A stretch of DNA of 64,000 nt from positions 2,497 through 66,496 of the forward strand of contig JADBKO010000001.1 in NCBI GenBank assembly GCA_014896355.1, written 5' to 3'. The notes beneath the pieces were generated by a model, which saw only the letters and a program-made list of their open reading frames with translations, made no database searches and was not told where the DNA came from. Below are positions 53,888 to 64,000 of this stretch, piece by piece (position 1 is the first letter of the stretch; each line of letters starts with the position of its first letter). The translations under genes were made by a program, and so were the position numbers. The DNA is from Bacillota bacterium. GTDB lineage: Bacteria; Bacillota; UBA5301; Bu52.

Positions 53888-56158
53888 ATGCTCACGGCGC
53901 AGCCGGCACCGGAAGAAAAACCGGCCGCAGGGGCCGGGGCCGCAGAGAAACAGGCCGGACCCGGCGGCGTGAACTCCGGCGAGCTGGATAAGCTGCTGGG
54001 GGAAATCCGAACTTATGATCCTGGCGCCAACACGGAGCTGGTGCGCAAGGCTTATCTTTTTGCCCGCAAGGCCCATGCCGGCCAGTTGCGGGATTCGGGC
54101 GAGAGCTATTTTGCGCATCCGGTGGGTGTGGCGGAGATTCTGGCCCAGCTGGAGCTGGATGAGGTGACCATCGCCGCCGGCCTTCTCCACGACGTGCTGG
54201 AGGACACGCCAGTCACCCTGGAGCAATTACGCCAGGAGTTCGGCCCTGAGGTGGCCAGCCTGGTGGATGGAGTCACCAAACTCAGTCAGATCCAGGTTCA
54301 GTCCCGCGAGGAGCGCCAGGCTGAAAATCTGCGCAAGATGTTCCTGGCCATGGCCAATGACCTGCGGGTGGTCATGATCAAGCTGGCGGACCGGCTGCAC
54401 AACATGCGCACGCTGCGCTACCTGCCTGAGGAGCGCCAGAAAAAGGTCGCCCGGGAAACCCTGGAGATTTATACCCCTCTTTGCCATCGCCTCGGCATGT
54501 GGCGCTTGAAATGGGAGATGGAGGACCTGGCCCTGCGCTATCTGGATCCCGAGGCGTACTACAACCTGGTGCATCTGGTGAACCAGAAACGCCAGGAGCG
54601 GGAAGGATATATTCAGGACATCATCGCCACCTTGCGCCGCCGCCTGGCGGAGATGGGCATCGAGGCCGAGGTGCAGGGGCGTCCCAAGCATTTTTACAGC
54701 ATTTACAACAAGATGAAAACCCAGGGGAAGTCTTTCGCCGAAATCCTGGACCTGATGGCAGTACGCATCATTGTGGGCACGGTGAAGGATTGTTATGGGG
54801 TTTTGGGGCTGGTGCACACCCTTTGGAAGCCCATCCCGGGCCGGTTCAAGGATTACATCGCCATGCCCAAGTCCAACATGTACCAGTCCTTGCATACGAC
54901 GGTGGTGGGTCCCAAGGGCTTCCCGGTGGAGATCCAGATCCGCACCCGGGAGATGCACCGCACGGCGGAATACGGCATCGCCGCCCACTGGCGATACAAA
55001 GAAGGCCGTGCAGAAAACGACGAGTACGAGGAAAAACTGGCTTGGTTGCGCCAGATCATGGAATGGCAGAAAGATCTCAAGGATGTCCATGAATTCATGG
55101 AAACCCTGAAGATCGATCTGTTTACCGATGAGGTGTATGTGTTTACGCCCAAGGGCGACGTCAAAGCGTTGCCTGCCGGTTCCACGCCGGTGGATTTCGC
55201 CTATGCGGTCCATACGGACGTGGGCCACCGTTGCATCGGAGCGAAGGTCAACGGCCGCATCGTGCCTTTGAACTACGTGCTGCGCAACGGGGAGTTCGTC
55301 GAGATCATCACCGGCAAAAATTCCGGCCCCAGCCAGGACTGGCTGGGGTTTGTCAAAACGTCCCGGGCCCGTAGCAAGATCCGCCAATGGTTGAAGGAGC
55401 AGCGGCGGGAGGAAAGCAGTGCCAAAGGCCGGGGGCTGTTGGAACGAGAGTGTGAACGGCATGCCCTGGATGCCGGCGACGTGCTGAAGCCCGAGAAGCT
55501 CCTGGAGGTGGCGCGCCGCTATGGGTTCGGGCAGCCGGAGGACCTTCTGGCTTCGGTGGGGTTTGGCCGTATCACGGCTTTGCAGGTGCTGGGGAAGCTG
55601 GTGGGCGACCGGGAGCTGGCGGAGCGCCGGCACGAGCTACGGCTGCGCCAGCACCGGGAAAAGATGCAGGCGGCCGCCAACCGCGCGCGTCACGCCCTGC
55701 CGCCCGGGATCCGCGTGCTCGGAGAGGACAATGTGCTCGTGCGGATCTCGCGTTGTTGCAATCCCGTTCCGGGCGACCCTATTGTGGGTTTCGTGACGCG
55801 GGGGCGGGGCATCTCCGTGCACCGGGCCGACTGCCCGAATGTGCGGTATTTGCAGGAGGAACCGGAGCGCCGCATCGAGGTGAGCTGGGATACGGACGCC
55901 GTCGCCGGCTCCCAGTCCTATCCGGTGGAGATCGAAGTGGAGGCTGTGGACCGCCAGAACCTGCTGTCGAATCTGATGGACAGCCTTTCCGAGATGCAGA
56001 CCAGCGTCGGGGCGGTGAACGCCCGCACCACCCGCAATCACCTGGCTTTGATCAACCTGACGGTCTCCATCCGGAACCTGGAACACATGCAGATGTTGAT
56101 GCAAAAGCTGCAGCGGGTGGACGGGGTGCGCAACGTCCATCGCGCGAATCCCACGTAG
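53888..56158 (+). CDS. relA: Bifunctional (p)ppGpp synthetase/hydrolase Rel
   Basis: HDVLED hydrolase, RFKD, YQSLHT, EIQIRT, TGS, CCNP, ACT domain. Confidence 0.97.
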   Translation: MLTAQPAPEEKPAAGAGAAEKQAGPGGVNSGELDKLLGEIRTYDPGANTELVRKAYLFARKAHAGQLRDSGESYFAHPVGVAEILAQLELDEVTIAAGLLHDVLEDTPVTLEQLRQEFGPEVASLVDGVTKLSQIQVQSREERQAENLRKMFLAMANDLRVVMIKLADRLHNMRTLRYLPEERQKKVARETLEIYTPLCHRLGMWRLKWEMEDLALRYLDPEAYYNLVHLVNQKRQEREGYIQDIIATLRRRLAEMGIEAEVQGRPKHFYSIYNKMKTQGKSFAEILDLMAVRIIVGTVKDCYGVLGLVHTLWKPIPGRFKDYIAMPKSNMYQSLHTTVVGPKGFPVEIQIRTREMHRTAEYGIAAHWRYKEGRAENDEYEEKLAWLRQIMEWQKDLKDVHEFMETLKIDLFTDEVYVFTPKGDVKALPAGSTPVDFAYAVHTDVGHRCIGAKVNGRIVPLNYVLRNGEFVEIITGKNSGPSQDWLGFVKTSRARSKIRQWLKEQRREESSAKGRGLLERECERHALDAGDVLKPEKLLEVARRYGFGQPEDLLASVGFGRITALQVLGKLVGDRELAERRHELRLRQHREKMQAAANRARHALPPGIRVLGEDNVLVRISRCCNPVPGDPIVGFVTRGRGISVHRADCPNVRYLQEEPERRIEVSWDTDAVAGSQSYPVEIEVEAVDRQNLLSNLMDSLSEMQTSVGAVNARTTRNHLALINLTVSIRNLEHMQMLMQKLQRVDGVRNVHRANPT

Positions 56159-56174
56159 GGGCGGGGAAAAGCGG

Positions 56175-56624
56175 ATGCGGGCGGTGGTGCAGCGGGTCCG
56201 GCAGGCCCGGGTCACAGTGGACGGTGTGACCACGGGATCTATCGGCCCTGGACTCGTGGTTTTTCTGGGCGTCGGCCAGGGAGATACGGAGGAAGATCTG
56301 GCCTACATGGCCGGGAAGATTCCGGAGTTGCGGATTTTTCCCGACGAGGCCGGCCATATGAACCGCTCCCTGCGGGAAGCAGGGGGCGGCCTTTTGCTGG
56401 TCTCCCAGTTCACCCTGTATGGGGATTGCCGGCACGGCCGCAGGCCCAGCTTCACGGAAGCGGCGGCGCCCGCGCAGGCCCAGGCGGCCTATGAGGCCCT
56501 GCAGCGGCTGTGGCGGCAGGCAGGGCTGCGGGTGGAGACGGGCCGCTTCCAGGCCCATATGGAAGTGGAGTTGGTGAACGACGGGCCGGTAACCATCCTG
56601 TTGGACAGCCGGCGGGCTTTTTGA
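56175..56624 (+). CDS. dtd: D-aminoacyl-tRNA deacylase
   Basis: [19 protein letters not shown]. Confidence 0.97.
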   Translation: MRAVVQRVRQARVTVDGVTTGSIGPGLVVFLGVGQGDTEEDLAYMAGKIPELRIFPDEAGHMNRSLREAGGGLLLVSQFTLYGDCRHGRRPSFTEAAAPAQAQAAYEALQRLWRQAGLRVETGRFQAHMEVELVNDGPVTILLDSRRAF

Positions 56625-56650
56625 GGGCGCTGAGAAGGAGGCGTCCGGAC

Positions 56651-57370
56651 GTGTGGGTGATTTCCGTAGCGGTGGGTGCGTTCGAAGCAAACTGCTATTT
56701 GGTGGGCGCGGATGCCAGCCCGGACCTGGTGGTGGTGGACGCCGGTGCCGAACCCAGCCGGATTTGGGAGGCCATCCAGGCCACGGGGCGGCGTGCAGGG
56801 CTCCTGTTGAACACCCACGCTCACCTGGATCATATTGGCGCCGTGCAGGAGTTGAAAAAACTCACTGGAGCGCCCTTTTGGCTGCACGCAGGGGATGGGC
56901 CCATGCTTGCAGACCCCGAGCTGAATCTCTCGGCCTGGTCTGGCCAGCCGGTGGTGGCCCCGCCGGCGGATGCCTACCTGCAGGACGGCCAGGAGTTCCT
57001 CTTTGCGGGCCTGAATTGGAGAGTGCTGCACACCCCCGGCCATACGCCGGGCAGCGTCTGCTTTCTGGTGCGGGACGCTCCAAAGGTGCAGGAAACACCC
57101 GGGGTGGCCGGGCGCCCGGGCGCAGAAAGCGCAGCGCCGCCCGGAGCCGGGGTACCGGCCCTTTTCTCCGGTGACACGCTTTTTGCCGGCTCTGTGGGGC
57201 GGACCGACTTTCCCGGCGGGGATCCCCGGGCGCTGGCGCGCTCCCTGCAAGCGCTCGTCCGGGAGGTGCCGGAGGACGCACGGATTTATCCGGGACACGG
57301 CCCAGCCACCAGCATGGAGGAGGAGCGCCGCCGCAATTTCTACCTGCAGGGCCGGAGATGCGGTGCGTAG
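56651..57370 (+). CDS. MBL-fold metallo-hydrolase (glyoxalase II-like)
   Basis: THAHLDH, HTPGHTPGS, FSGDTLF, PGHG. Confidence 0.92.
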   Translation: MWVISVAVGAFEANCYLVGADASPDLVVVDAGAEPSRIWEAIQATGRRAGLLLNTHAHLDHIGAVQELKKLTGAPFWLHAGDGPMLADPELNLSAWSGQPVVAPPADAYLQDGQEFLFAGLNWRVLHTPGHTPGSVCFLVRDAPKVQETPGVAGRPGAESAAPPGAGVPALFSGDTLFAGSVGRTDFPGGDPRALARSLQALVREVPEDARIYPGHGPATSMEEERRRNFYLQGRRCGA

Positions 57371-57438
57371 TTGGCGGATACTCCCATCGCTGCCGCGGAA
57401 AACCGGCATGACCACGGCCTTCTGCCCCGGGCCTCGCG

Positions 57439-57467
57439 TTGACAAGGGTTGGGCCGTAGGGTAGAAT
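57439..57467 (+). promoter_or_regulatory. sigmaA promoter
   Basis: TTGACA-N17-TAGAAT. Confidence 0.75.
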
Positions 57468-57533
57468 AGCCCTGTCTGAAAGATCGGCAGGGAGGCCACG
57501 CAGGCGAGCCAGACGGGTGGGGAGGAGACCAAT

Positions 57534-59063
57534 TTGGTTTTCAGCAGCATGCGAAAGCACATGAAGTGGATCATCGTCTTTGTGGCTCTCACCTTCGCGG
57601 TGACCCTGGTGTACGTAGGGGCGCAGTTGCCTTCCTCCAACGGGCGCGCCGCCACCAGCGTGGCCACGGTGAACGGAACCCCCATTTCCCAGAATGAGTT
57701 TCTGGATAATTTGCAACAGGCCCTGGTGTACCAGGAGAATGTTTACGGCCCTGTGCGGCCTACGCAGATGACGGCCTTCAAATCCCAGATCCTGGACCAG
57801 ATGATCACCTCGCTGGTGGTGATCCAGGCTGCCCAGAGGAACCACATCCGGGTGTCCGGGGCGGAGCTGGACAAGGCCTATCAGGATTTCGCCAAGAGCT
57901 TCAGTGATCCGGCTCAGCTGCAGCAGTTTCTGGCCACCCGTAATCTCACGAAATCCCGGGTGCGCGACCTGCTGAAACAAAAGCTGATGGCCGAGAAAAT
58001 GCTGGAACAGGTGAAAGGCCAGGCCAAGGTCAGCGATGCGGAAGTGGCGCGGGCCTATGAGCAGGTCCAGGCGCGCCACATCCTGATCGCCATTCCCAAG
58101 GGGCCCGACGGCGACAAGACCGCCAAAGCCGAGGCGGAAAAGTTGGTGCAGCAGCTGCGGAGTGGAGCGGATTTCGCCGCCCTGGCCAAGCAGTATTCCG
58201 CGGATCCGGGAACCAAGGATAAAGGCGGCGAACTGGGATATTTCGGCCGCGGCCAGATGGACCCGGCCTTTGAGAAGGTGGCATTCTCGCTGCCTGTGAA
58301 AGCCATCAGCGATCCTGTCAAAACCCGTTTCGGCTACCACATCATCCAGGTGGAGGCCCGCAAGGAGGCCAAGGGGCCGGAGTTTGACAAGGCCAAGGCC
58401 CAGTTGCGTCAGCAACTTTTGCAGACCAAGCAGAACGAGATTCTGCAGAACTGGCTGCAGGAAGAGGAGCGAAAAGCGAAGATCAGCATTGAGGACCCGC
58501 AGCTGGCCGCTTTTCGGGATTTCGCGCAGGGGAAATACGACCAGGCCATCCAGCTGTACCAGCAGGCCCTCAAAGACCGTGGTCAGGACGCGTACGTCCT
58601 GAGCGATCTGGCCCAGGCTTATCAGAGGAAGGGAGACATCGCCCAGGCCATCAAGTATATGCAGGAAGCGGCGAAGCTGGCAGATGGAGACCCCATCCTG
58701 CAACTGAGCCTGGGCGACCTGTATCAGGCCCAGAAGCAGGACGCCAAGGCTGTGGCGGCCTATGAAAAGGCTTCTCAGCTGGATGCACGCGACTTTTACC
58801 TGCACCTGACCCTGGCCACCCGCTTCCAGGCCCTGAAACGGCCGGACCTCGCTCAGAAGGAGCAGGACCGGGTGGCCGCCATCCAAAAAGAATACCAGGA
58901 CCAACTGGCGCAGCAGGAAAAGGCTGCCCAGCAGAACGCGGCGCCGCAAAATCCGCCCAGTCAGAATGCTGGCCGGAGTACGGGCCAGAAGGCTGGCGCG
59001 CAGACCTCTGGATCCGGCCAGCCGGCACCGGCATCCAGCCAGCCGGCACCCTCCCGGCCGTAG
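57534..59063 (+). CDS. Membrane-anchored peptidylprolyl isomerase (SurA-N + parvulin + TPR)
   Basis: N-terminal TM, VATVNG..I, ARHILI, FAALAKQYSAD, GGELG, FGYHII, then TPR-like helices. Confidence 0.88.
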   Translation: MVFSSMRKHMKWIIVFVALTFAVTLVYVGAQLPSSNGRAATSVATVNGTPISQNEFLDNLQQALVYQENVYGPVRPTQMTAFKSQILDQMITSLVVIQAAQRNHIRVSGAELDKAYQDFAKSFSDPAQLQQFLATRNLTKSRVRDLLKQKLMAEKMLEQVKGQAKVSDAEVARAYEQVQARHILIAIPKGPDGDKTAKAEAEKLVQQLRSGADFAALAKQYSADPGTKDKGGELGYFGRGQMDPAFEKVAFSLPVKAISDPVKTRFGYHIIQVEARKEAKGPEFDKAKAQLRQQLLQTKQNEILQNWLQEEERKAKISIEDPQLAAFRDFAQGKYDQAIQLYQQALKDRGQDAYVLSDLAQAYQRKGDIAQAIKYMQEAAKLADGDPILQLSLGDLYQAQKQDAKAVAAYEKASQLDARDFYLHLTLATRFQALKRPDLAQKEQDRVAAIQKEYQDQLAQQEKAAQQNAAPQNPPSQNAGRSTGQKAGAQTSGSGQPAPASSQPAPSRP

Positions 59064-59140
59064 GCCCCGGGTGTGGCCCTGGAGCCCGGAACAGTGGCGA
59101 CTCAAGCTTCCGGGAGCCCGGAAGAAGGCCGTAGGAGGCA

Positions 59141-59176
59141 GCGGGAAGGAGCTTCTGCAGCCCCTTCCCGCTCTTT
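59141..59176 (+). terminator. Probable terminator hairpin
   Basis: gcgggaagg...ccttcccgc followed by tcttt. Confidence 0.45.
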
Positions 59177-59237
59177 GCAATTGCGCCCGGAACTCCGGAG
59201 AATTTCGACTAGAATCAGAAAGCGTGGAGATGTCGGT

Positions 59238-60512
59238 ATGTTCAGCTCCCCGCGGGGAACCGCGGACATCCTCCCGGAAGAAGCCAGGGAATGGCAGTGG
59301 ATGGAAGGAATCGCCCGGGATCTTTGTGCCCGTTATGGCTACGGAGAGATCCGCACCCCTCTTTTCGAACATACAGAGCTTTTCCACCGCGGCGTCGGAA
59401 ATGCCACCGACATCGTGGAGAAGGAAATGTACACCTTCGTCGACCGCTCCGGCCGCAGTCTCACCTTGCGGCCGGAGGGCACAGCGCCGGTGGGGCGGGC
59501 ATATCTGGAGCACCACCTGAATGCCTTGGCGCAGCCGGTGAAGCTCTATTACGTGGGGTCCATGTTCCGCTATGAGCGGCCCCAGGCGGGGCGCATGCGG
59601 GAGTTTCATCAGTTCGGGGTGGAGGTGTTCGGATCCGCCAGCCCCTTGGCGGACGTGGAGGTCATCACCCTGGCCCACAGTTTTTATGAAGCCCTGGGGA
59701 GCCGGGATACGCTCATCGCCCTGAACAGTATTGGCTGTCCACAGTGCCGGCCCCGCTACCTGGAGGCGCTGCAGGAATACTATCGGCCCAAGATCGGCGG
59801 GTTCTGCGCCAACTGCCAGCGCCGCCTGGAGCGCAATCCCCTGCGCCTGCTGGACTGCAAGGAAGAGCAATGCCGGCGGCTGTCGCAGGATGTCCCGCCC
59901 ATCTATGACTACCTTTGCTCCGGCTGCCGGGCCCACTTCCAGCAGGTGCAGGAGCTTCTGGCTGCGTCGGGCCTCGCTTTTCAATTGCAGCCGCGGCTGG
60001 TGCGGGGCCTCGATTATTACACCCGGACGGTCTTCGAGTTCATCCATTCCGCCCTGGGAGCCCAGGATGCCCTGGGCGGCGGTGGGCGCTACGATGGGCT
60101 CATCGAGGACCTGGGCGGCCCGCCGGTCCCGGGCGTGGGTTTCGCAATGGGCTTGGACCGTCTTCTGGTGGTTTTGCGGCAGTCTGGGCGCCCTGGGAAG
60201 GCCGAAACAGATCCCCAGGTCTGCGTGCTGGCTTTTTCAGGGCTGGAAAAGGAGGGTTTCCTGTTGGCGCGGCAGCTGCGGGCGGCCGGCCTGCGGGTCC
60301 TGCAGGATTTCGGTGAGCGCGGCTTGAAAGCCCAGATGAAGTGGGCCGGCCGGACCGGCGCACCCTGGGCTGTACTGCTGGGGCCGGACGAGTGGCAGCA
60401 ACAAAAGGTGATTCTCAGGGATCTGACCGCCGGTGGACAGGAGGAAGTGGCCCGGGAGCAGATCGTCCCCGAGCTTTGCCGCCGGCTGGGTTCGGCTGCA
60501 GGTGAACGGTAA
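59238..60512 (+). CDS. hisS: Histidine--tRNA ligase
   Basis: PRGTAD, LRPEGTA, FRYERPQAGR, VRGLDYY, GGGRYDGL. Confidence 0.97.
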   Translation: MFSSPRGTADILPEEAREWQWMEGIARDLCARYGYGEIRTPLFEHTELFHRGVGNATDIVEKEMYTFVDRSGRSLTLRPEGTAPVGRAYLEHHLNALAQPVKLYYVGSMFRYERPQAGRMREFHQFGVEVFGSASPLADVEVITLAHSFYEALGSRDTLIALNSIGCPQCRPRYLEALQEYYRPKIGGFCANCQRRLERNPLRLLDCKEEQCRRLSQDVPPIYDYLCSGCRAHFQQVQELLAASGLAFQLQPRLVRGLDYYTRTVFEFIHSALGAQDALGGGGRYDGLIEDLGGPPVPGVGFAMGLDRLLVVLRQSGRPGKAETDPQVCVLAFSGLEKEGFLLARQLRAAGLRVLQDFGERGLKAQMKWAGRTGAPWAVLLGPDEWQQQKVILRDLTAGGQEEVAREQIVPELCRRLGSAAGER

Positions 60513-60592
60513 CCCTAGGCCGGGCCGAAGCGGGCTCCGGGCCGGTTGTGGGCCTTTGGTTTAGGCGGGCCCAACTCGAGGAGGAGTAGTCC

Positions 60593-62425
60593 ATGGCAGA
60601 AGCGATGAATCCCGGTATGCCGAAGGAGTGGCACCGTAGCCGGTGGTGCGGCCAACTGCGCGCAGAGGATGCCGGCCAGCCGGTGGTCTTGAATGGCTGG
60701 GTGAACCGCCGCCGTGACCACGGTGGCCTGATCTTTTTGGATCTGCGGGACCGCACGGGCATCGTGCAGGTGGTTCTCAACCCGGAAATCAGCCGGGATG
60801 CCTATGAAGCGGGGCAGGCGCTGCGGCCGGAATACGTGGTGGGCGTGCGCGGACGGGTGCAGCGCCGGCCCGCCGGCACGGAAAACGCGGAGCTGGCCAC
60901 GGGGCAGGTGGAGGTTCAGGCCACGGATCTTCTGATTTTCAACGCCTCCAAGACCCCGCCTTTTGCCGTGGCAGAGAACCAGGCGGGCCCCCAGGTGGAC
61001 GAGACGGTGCGCCTGCGCTACCGTTATCTGGACCTGCGACGACCCTCCATGTACCAGATCCTGGAGCTGCGGCACCGGGTGGTGAAGGCGGTCCGCGATT
61101 ACTTCGACGCCCACGGGTTCCTGGAAGTGGAGACCCCCATGCTCACCCGCAGCACTCCCGAAGGCGCCCGGGATTACCTGGTCCCCAGCCGCCTCCATCC
61201 CGGTGCCTTCTATGCCCTGCCGCAGTCTCCGCAGCTTTTCAAGCAGCTCTTGATGGTGGGTGGCATCGAGCGGTATTTCCAGATTGCCCGTTGCTTCCGC
61301 GATGAGGATCTCCGGGCGGACCGCCAGCCGGAGTTTACGCAGGTGGACCTGGAGATGTCCTTTGTGGACGCCCAGGACGTCCAGGACGTGGTGGAGGACA
61401 TGATGGTCACGGTGTTCCACCGCGTTCTGGGTGTGGAGATCCCGCGACCCATTCCCCGTCTGACCTGGGCGGACGCCATGGCCCGCTTCGGGACCGACAA
61501 GCCGGACCTGCGTTTCGGTCTGGAGCTGGTGGACGTAAGCGGCCTCGTGGCACAGACCCAGTTTCAGGTCTTTCGCCAGGCGTTGGAGAAGGGGGGACAG
61601 GTGAAGGGGATCCAGGCGCCTGGCTGTGCCCGGTTCACCCGCAAGGAGATCGATGCCTTGACGCAGGAGATCGCCGTCTTCGGCGCGAAAGGCCTGGCCT
61701 GGATCGCCATTCAGCCCGACGGTCAGCGGCATTCACCCATTGCCCGCTTTTTCAGTGAAGGGGAGCTGCAGGCCCTGCAGGGGGCGCTGCAGGCGGGTCC
61801 GGGGGATCTGATGCTTTTCGTGGCCGGGCCGCCTACGGTGGTGGCTCAGAGCCTGGGATATCTGCGCAACCGCCTGGGACACCAGCTGGGGTTGGTGGAA
61901 CCCGGGGCCTATCGCTTCGCCTGGGTCGTGGATTTCCCCATGTTCACCTACGACGAGGAGGAGAAACGGCTGGTGGCGGAGCACCACCCCTTCACCTCGC
62001 CCAAGGATGAAGACCTCCCGCTTTTGGACAGCGCTCCAGAGAAAGTGCGGGCGAAATCCTACGACCTGGTGCTGAACGGTTTTGAGCTGGGCTCGGGCAG
62101 CATCCGCATCCACCGGCGCGAGGTTCAGGAGCGGATTTTCCGGGCCATGGGGTTCTCTCCCCAGGAGGCCGGGGAGAAATTCGGATTCCTGTTGGAGGCC
62201 TTCGAGTATGGCACTCCACCCCACGGCGGCATGGCCTTGGGCGTGGACCGGATCATCATGCTCATGAGCGGCAGGGATAATGTCCGGGACGTCATCGCGT
62301 TTCCAAAGACCCAAAGCGCCACGGACCTCCTGATGGAAGCCCCCTCCGAGGTGTCACCCCGGCAGTTGCAAGACCTGCACATCCGGGTGGCGCTGGCTCC
62401 CCAGGCGGCGGTGGCGGGCAAATGA
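60593..62425 (+). CDS. aspS: Aspartate--tRNA ligase (probably non-discriminating)
   Basis: RRRDHGGLIF, TPEGARDY, LPQSPQ, FRDEDLRADRQPEF, PPHGG.ALGVDR. Confidence 0.97.
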   Translation: MAEAMNPGMPKEWHRSRWCGQLRAEDAGQPVVLNGWVNRRRDHGGLIFLDLRDRTGIVQVVLNPEISRDAYEAGQALRPEYVVGVRGRVQRRPAGTENAELATGQVEVQATDLLIFNASKTPPFAVAENQAGPQVDETVRLRYRYLDLRRPSMYQILELRHRVVKAVRDYFDAHGFLEVETPMLTRSTPEGARDYLVPSRLHPGAFYALPQSPQLFKQLLMVGGIERYFQIARCFRDEDLRADRQPEFTQVDLEMSFVDAQDVQDVVEDMMVTVFHRVLGVEIPRPIPRLTWADAMARFGTDKPDLRFGLELVDVSGLVAQTQFQVFRQALEKGGQVKGIQAPGCARFTRKEIDALTQEIAVFGAKGLAWIAIQPDGQRHSPIARFFSEGELQALQGALQAGPGDLMLFVAGPPTVVAQSLGYLRNRLGHQLGLVEPGAYRFAWVVDFPMFTYDEEEKRLVAEHHPFTSPKDEDLPLLDSAPEKVRAKSYDLVLNGFELGSGSIRIHRREVQERIFRAMGFSPQEAGEKFGFLLEAFEYGTPPHGGMALGVDRIIMLMSGRDNVRDVIAFPKTQSATDLLMEAPSEVSPRQLQDLHIRVALAPQAAVAGK

Positions 62426-62478
62426 CGAGTCAGGAGAGGCGACCACCGCTTTCCAGGGCCTGACCGGCAGCGGATTCG

Positions 62479-62507
62479 TTGCCACAGCGCGCTTCGTGTG
62501 TTATCAT
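62479..62507 (+). promoter_or_regulatory. sigmaA promoter of 6S RNA
   Basis: TTGCCA-N17-TATCAT with extended TG. Confidence 0.7.
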
Positions 62508-62513
62508 AAAGGT

Positions 62514-62706
62514 AATAAAGGACCCTGCCGGGTTCGTGGTCAAGCTGATTGTGATGTGAACCAACACCCCATCCAAGGGAGTCCGGGCTCTGGCGGCGGA
62601 ATGCATGCCACTCTGTGTGGAGCCAGGAAACCGTCGGGAGGACACCCACCTGCGAGAGCAGGTTCAGCAGACAACAGCAACGTTAGCGGCCTGGCGGGGA
62701 CCTTTT
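62514..62706 (+). ncRNA. ssrS: 6S RNA
   Basis: ~190 nt; closing stem aaaggaccctgccggg / cctggcggggaccttt; Firmicute 6S motifs gttcgtgg..tgaaccaac..gggag and cacccacct..ggttca; syntenic position after aspS. Confidence 0.85.
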
Positions 62707-62729
62707 GTATTCCCAGGAGGATCAGGTTC

Positions 62730-63500
62730 ACGCAGTACATAGATGCCGGGAGACCAGAAGCGTTTGAACGGACGGCCCTGCTGCTGGGGAACGCGGCGCT
62801 GCGGCAGCTGGCGGCGGCCCGGGTGGCCGTGGTGGGCCTGGGCGGGGTGGGCTCCTATGCAGCAGAGGCATTGGCCCGCTGTGGCATTGGGCATCTGGTT
62901 CTGGTGGACGGGGACGTGGTGGTCGCCAGCAATTTGAACCGCCAGCTGGTGGCTCTGCACAGCACGTTGGGGCAACCCAAGGTCCAGGTCATGGCGGCCC
63001 GGGTGAAGGACATCCATCCCGGCGCCCGGGTGGACGCGGTGTTCTCCCGCTACGGCCCGCACAATCGCGGGCTTTTTGAGTATGGGCCCTTCGACTATTT
63101 GGTGGACGCCATCGATGATGTGCCGGCCAAGGTGGACCTGCTGGCGCAGGCGGTCTGGCACGGGATCCCGGCGGTTTCCAGCATGGGGGCCGGGCAAAGG
63201 CGGGACCCGACCGCCTGGCGGGTGGCGGACATCAGCAGGACCCATACCTGCCCTTTGGCTCGTGCCGTGCGGGTTGGGCTGCGGCAAAAGGGGATCGAAC
63301 GGGGGATCAAGGCGGTGTTCTCCGTGGAGCCGCCCGCCAGGGGCGGCGCCGGGCCCCAGAAAAATCTGGGGAGCGGCTTTGCTCAAAGCCGGCGGCCTCC
63401 TCTGGGCACGGTCCCGTTTGTGACGGGAACGGCCGGGCTTTTGTTGGCGTCGGTGGTGGTGCAGGATCTTCTTGCCGGAGGGAACGACGCGGGCGCTTGA
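62730..63500 (+). CDS. tcdA: tRNA threonylcarbamoyladenosine dehydratase (ThiF family); start codon non-canonical or uncertain
   Basis: FERTALLLG, VVGLGGVGS, SNLNRQ, DAID, SMGAG, CPLA, VFSVE. Confidence 0.85.
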   Translation, partial: TQYIDAGRPEAFERTALLLGNAALRQLAAARVAVVGLGGVGSYAAEALARCGIGHLVLVDGDVVVASNLNRQLVALHSTLGQPKVQVMAARVKDIHPGARVDAVFSRYGPHNRGLFEYGPFDYLVDAIDDVPAKVDLLAQAVWHGIPAVSSMGAGQRRDPTAWRVADISRTHTCPLARAVRVGLRQKGIERGIKAVFSVEPPARGGAGPQKNLGSGFAQSRRPPLGTVPFVTGTAGLLLASVVVQDLLAGGNDAGA

Positions 63501-63555
63501 AATGGCGTGCTCTGAGCGGGGTTCGCCCCGGCCGTCTAAGGGAAGGTGAAATAGC

Positions 63556-64000
63556 GTGCAGGCCAAGGGATCTTCTGACAACGCCAATCCAACCCTTTTT
63601 TCCCAGGCAGGAGCGGATCTGTTACGCCAGCAGGCGCCTTTGGCCACGCGCATGCGGCCGCGCAGCCTGGAAGAAGTGCTGGGCCAAGAACGCTTGGTGG
63701 GGCCGGGGATGTTTCTGCGCCGCCTCATTCAGGCGGACCGGGTGCCGTCGCTGATCTTTTACGGCCCGCCCGGCAGCGGCAAAACCACCCTGGCTTTGAT
63801 CGTGGCCAACACCACCCATGCCCATTTTGAGCAGCTCAACGCCGTCACCGCCGGCGTGGCCGACATCCGCCGCGTCATCGAGCAGGCGCAGGAGCGTCTG
63901 AATCTGTACGGGCAGAAGACCATCCTTTTCATCGATGAAATCCATCGCTTCAACAAGGCCCAGCAGGACGCCCTGCTCCCTGCCGTGGAGTCGGGGCTCC
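63556..64000 (+). CDS. rarA: Replication-associated recombination protein A (3' partial)
   Basis: [48 protein letters not shown]. Confidence 0.95.
   Translation, partial: MQAKGSSDNANPTLFSQAGADLLRQQAPLATRMRPRSLEEVLGQERLVGPGMFLRRLIQADRVPSLIFYGPPGSGKTTLALIVANTTHAHFEQLNAVTAGVADIRRVIEQAQERLNLYGQKTILFIDEIHRFNKAQQDALLPAVESGL

Noticed and set aside
56862-60047. 1061-aa minus-strand ORF, and similar long antisense ORFs at 1781-3976, 35518-37590, 10873-12480 and 47284-48885
   Set aside because: They mirror real + strand genes; stop codons are scarce in high-GC DNA; no recognisable motifs or SD.
62496-62729. N-terminal extension of tcdA through the 6S RNA
   Set aside because: The ORF-track start lies inside the promoter and the region folds as 6S RNA; the open frame is probably chance.

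Overview
High-GC, spore-forming Bacillota (Firmicutes) core chromosome, almost entirely on the + strand. Gene order: rng(partial)-rplU-prp-rpmA-obgE-nadD-RRM-LCP-rsfS-tRNA-Ala(GGC)-[phasin-like, ABC1/UbiB kinase, DUF2203]-Leu T-box-leuS-comEA-comEC-[gpr(-), rpsT(+), holA(-)]-spoIIP-membrane protein-lepA-hemW-CIRCE-hrcA-grpE-dnaK-dnaJ-prmA-mtaB-rpsU-nfeD-floA-yqfB-like-yqfC-yqfD-phoH-pgpH-ybeY-dgkA-cdd-queA-tgt-yajC-secD-secF-phasin-like-lapA-recJ-apt-rel-dtd-MBL hydrolase-PPIase/TPR-hisS-aspS-6S RNA-tcdA-rarA(partial). I see no mobile elements, CRISPR arrays or defence islands, so the unusual signals are subtle. The main ones are: a cloverleaf-shaped four-way junction inserted into stem II of the leuS T-box riboswitch; an inversion of the holA-rpsT-gpr block with separate promoters for the displaced genes; a phasin-like/UbiB-kinase module with a second phasin-like gene 41 kb away; a probably leaderless lepA; a tcdA that has a Shine-Dalgarno (SD) sequence but no canonical start codon; a long degenerate RecJ C-terminus; two small unannotated membrane ORFs; and a sigmaE-like promoter formed from a tandem duplication. 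All calls come from manual motif recognition. No database searches or folding programs were run.
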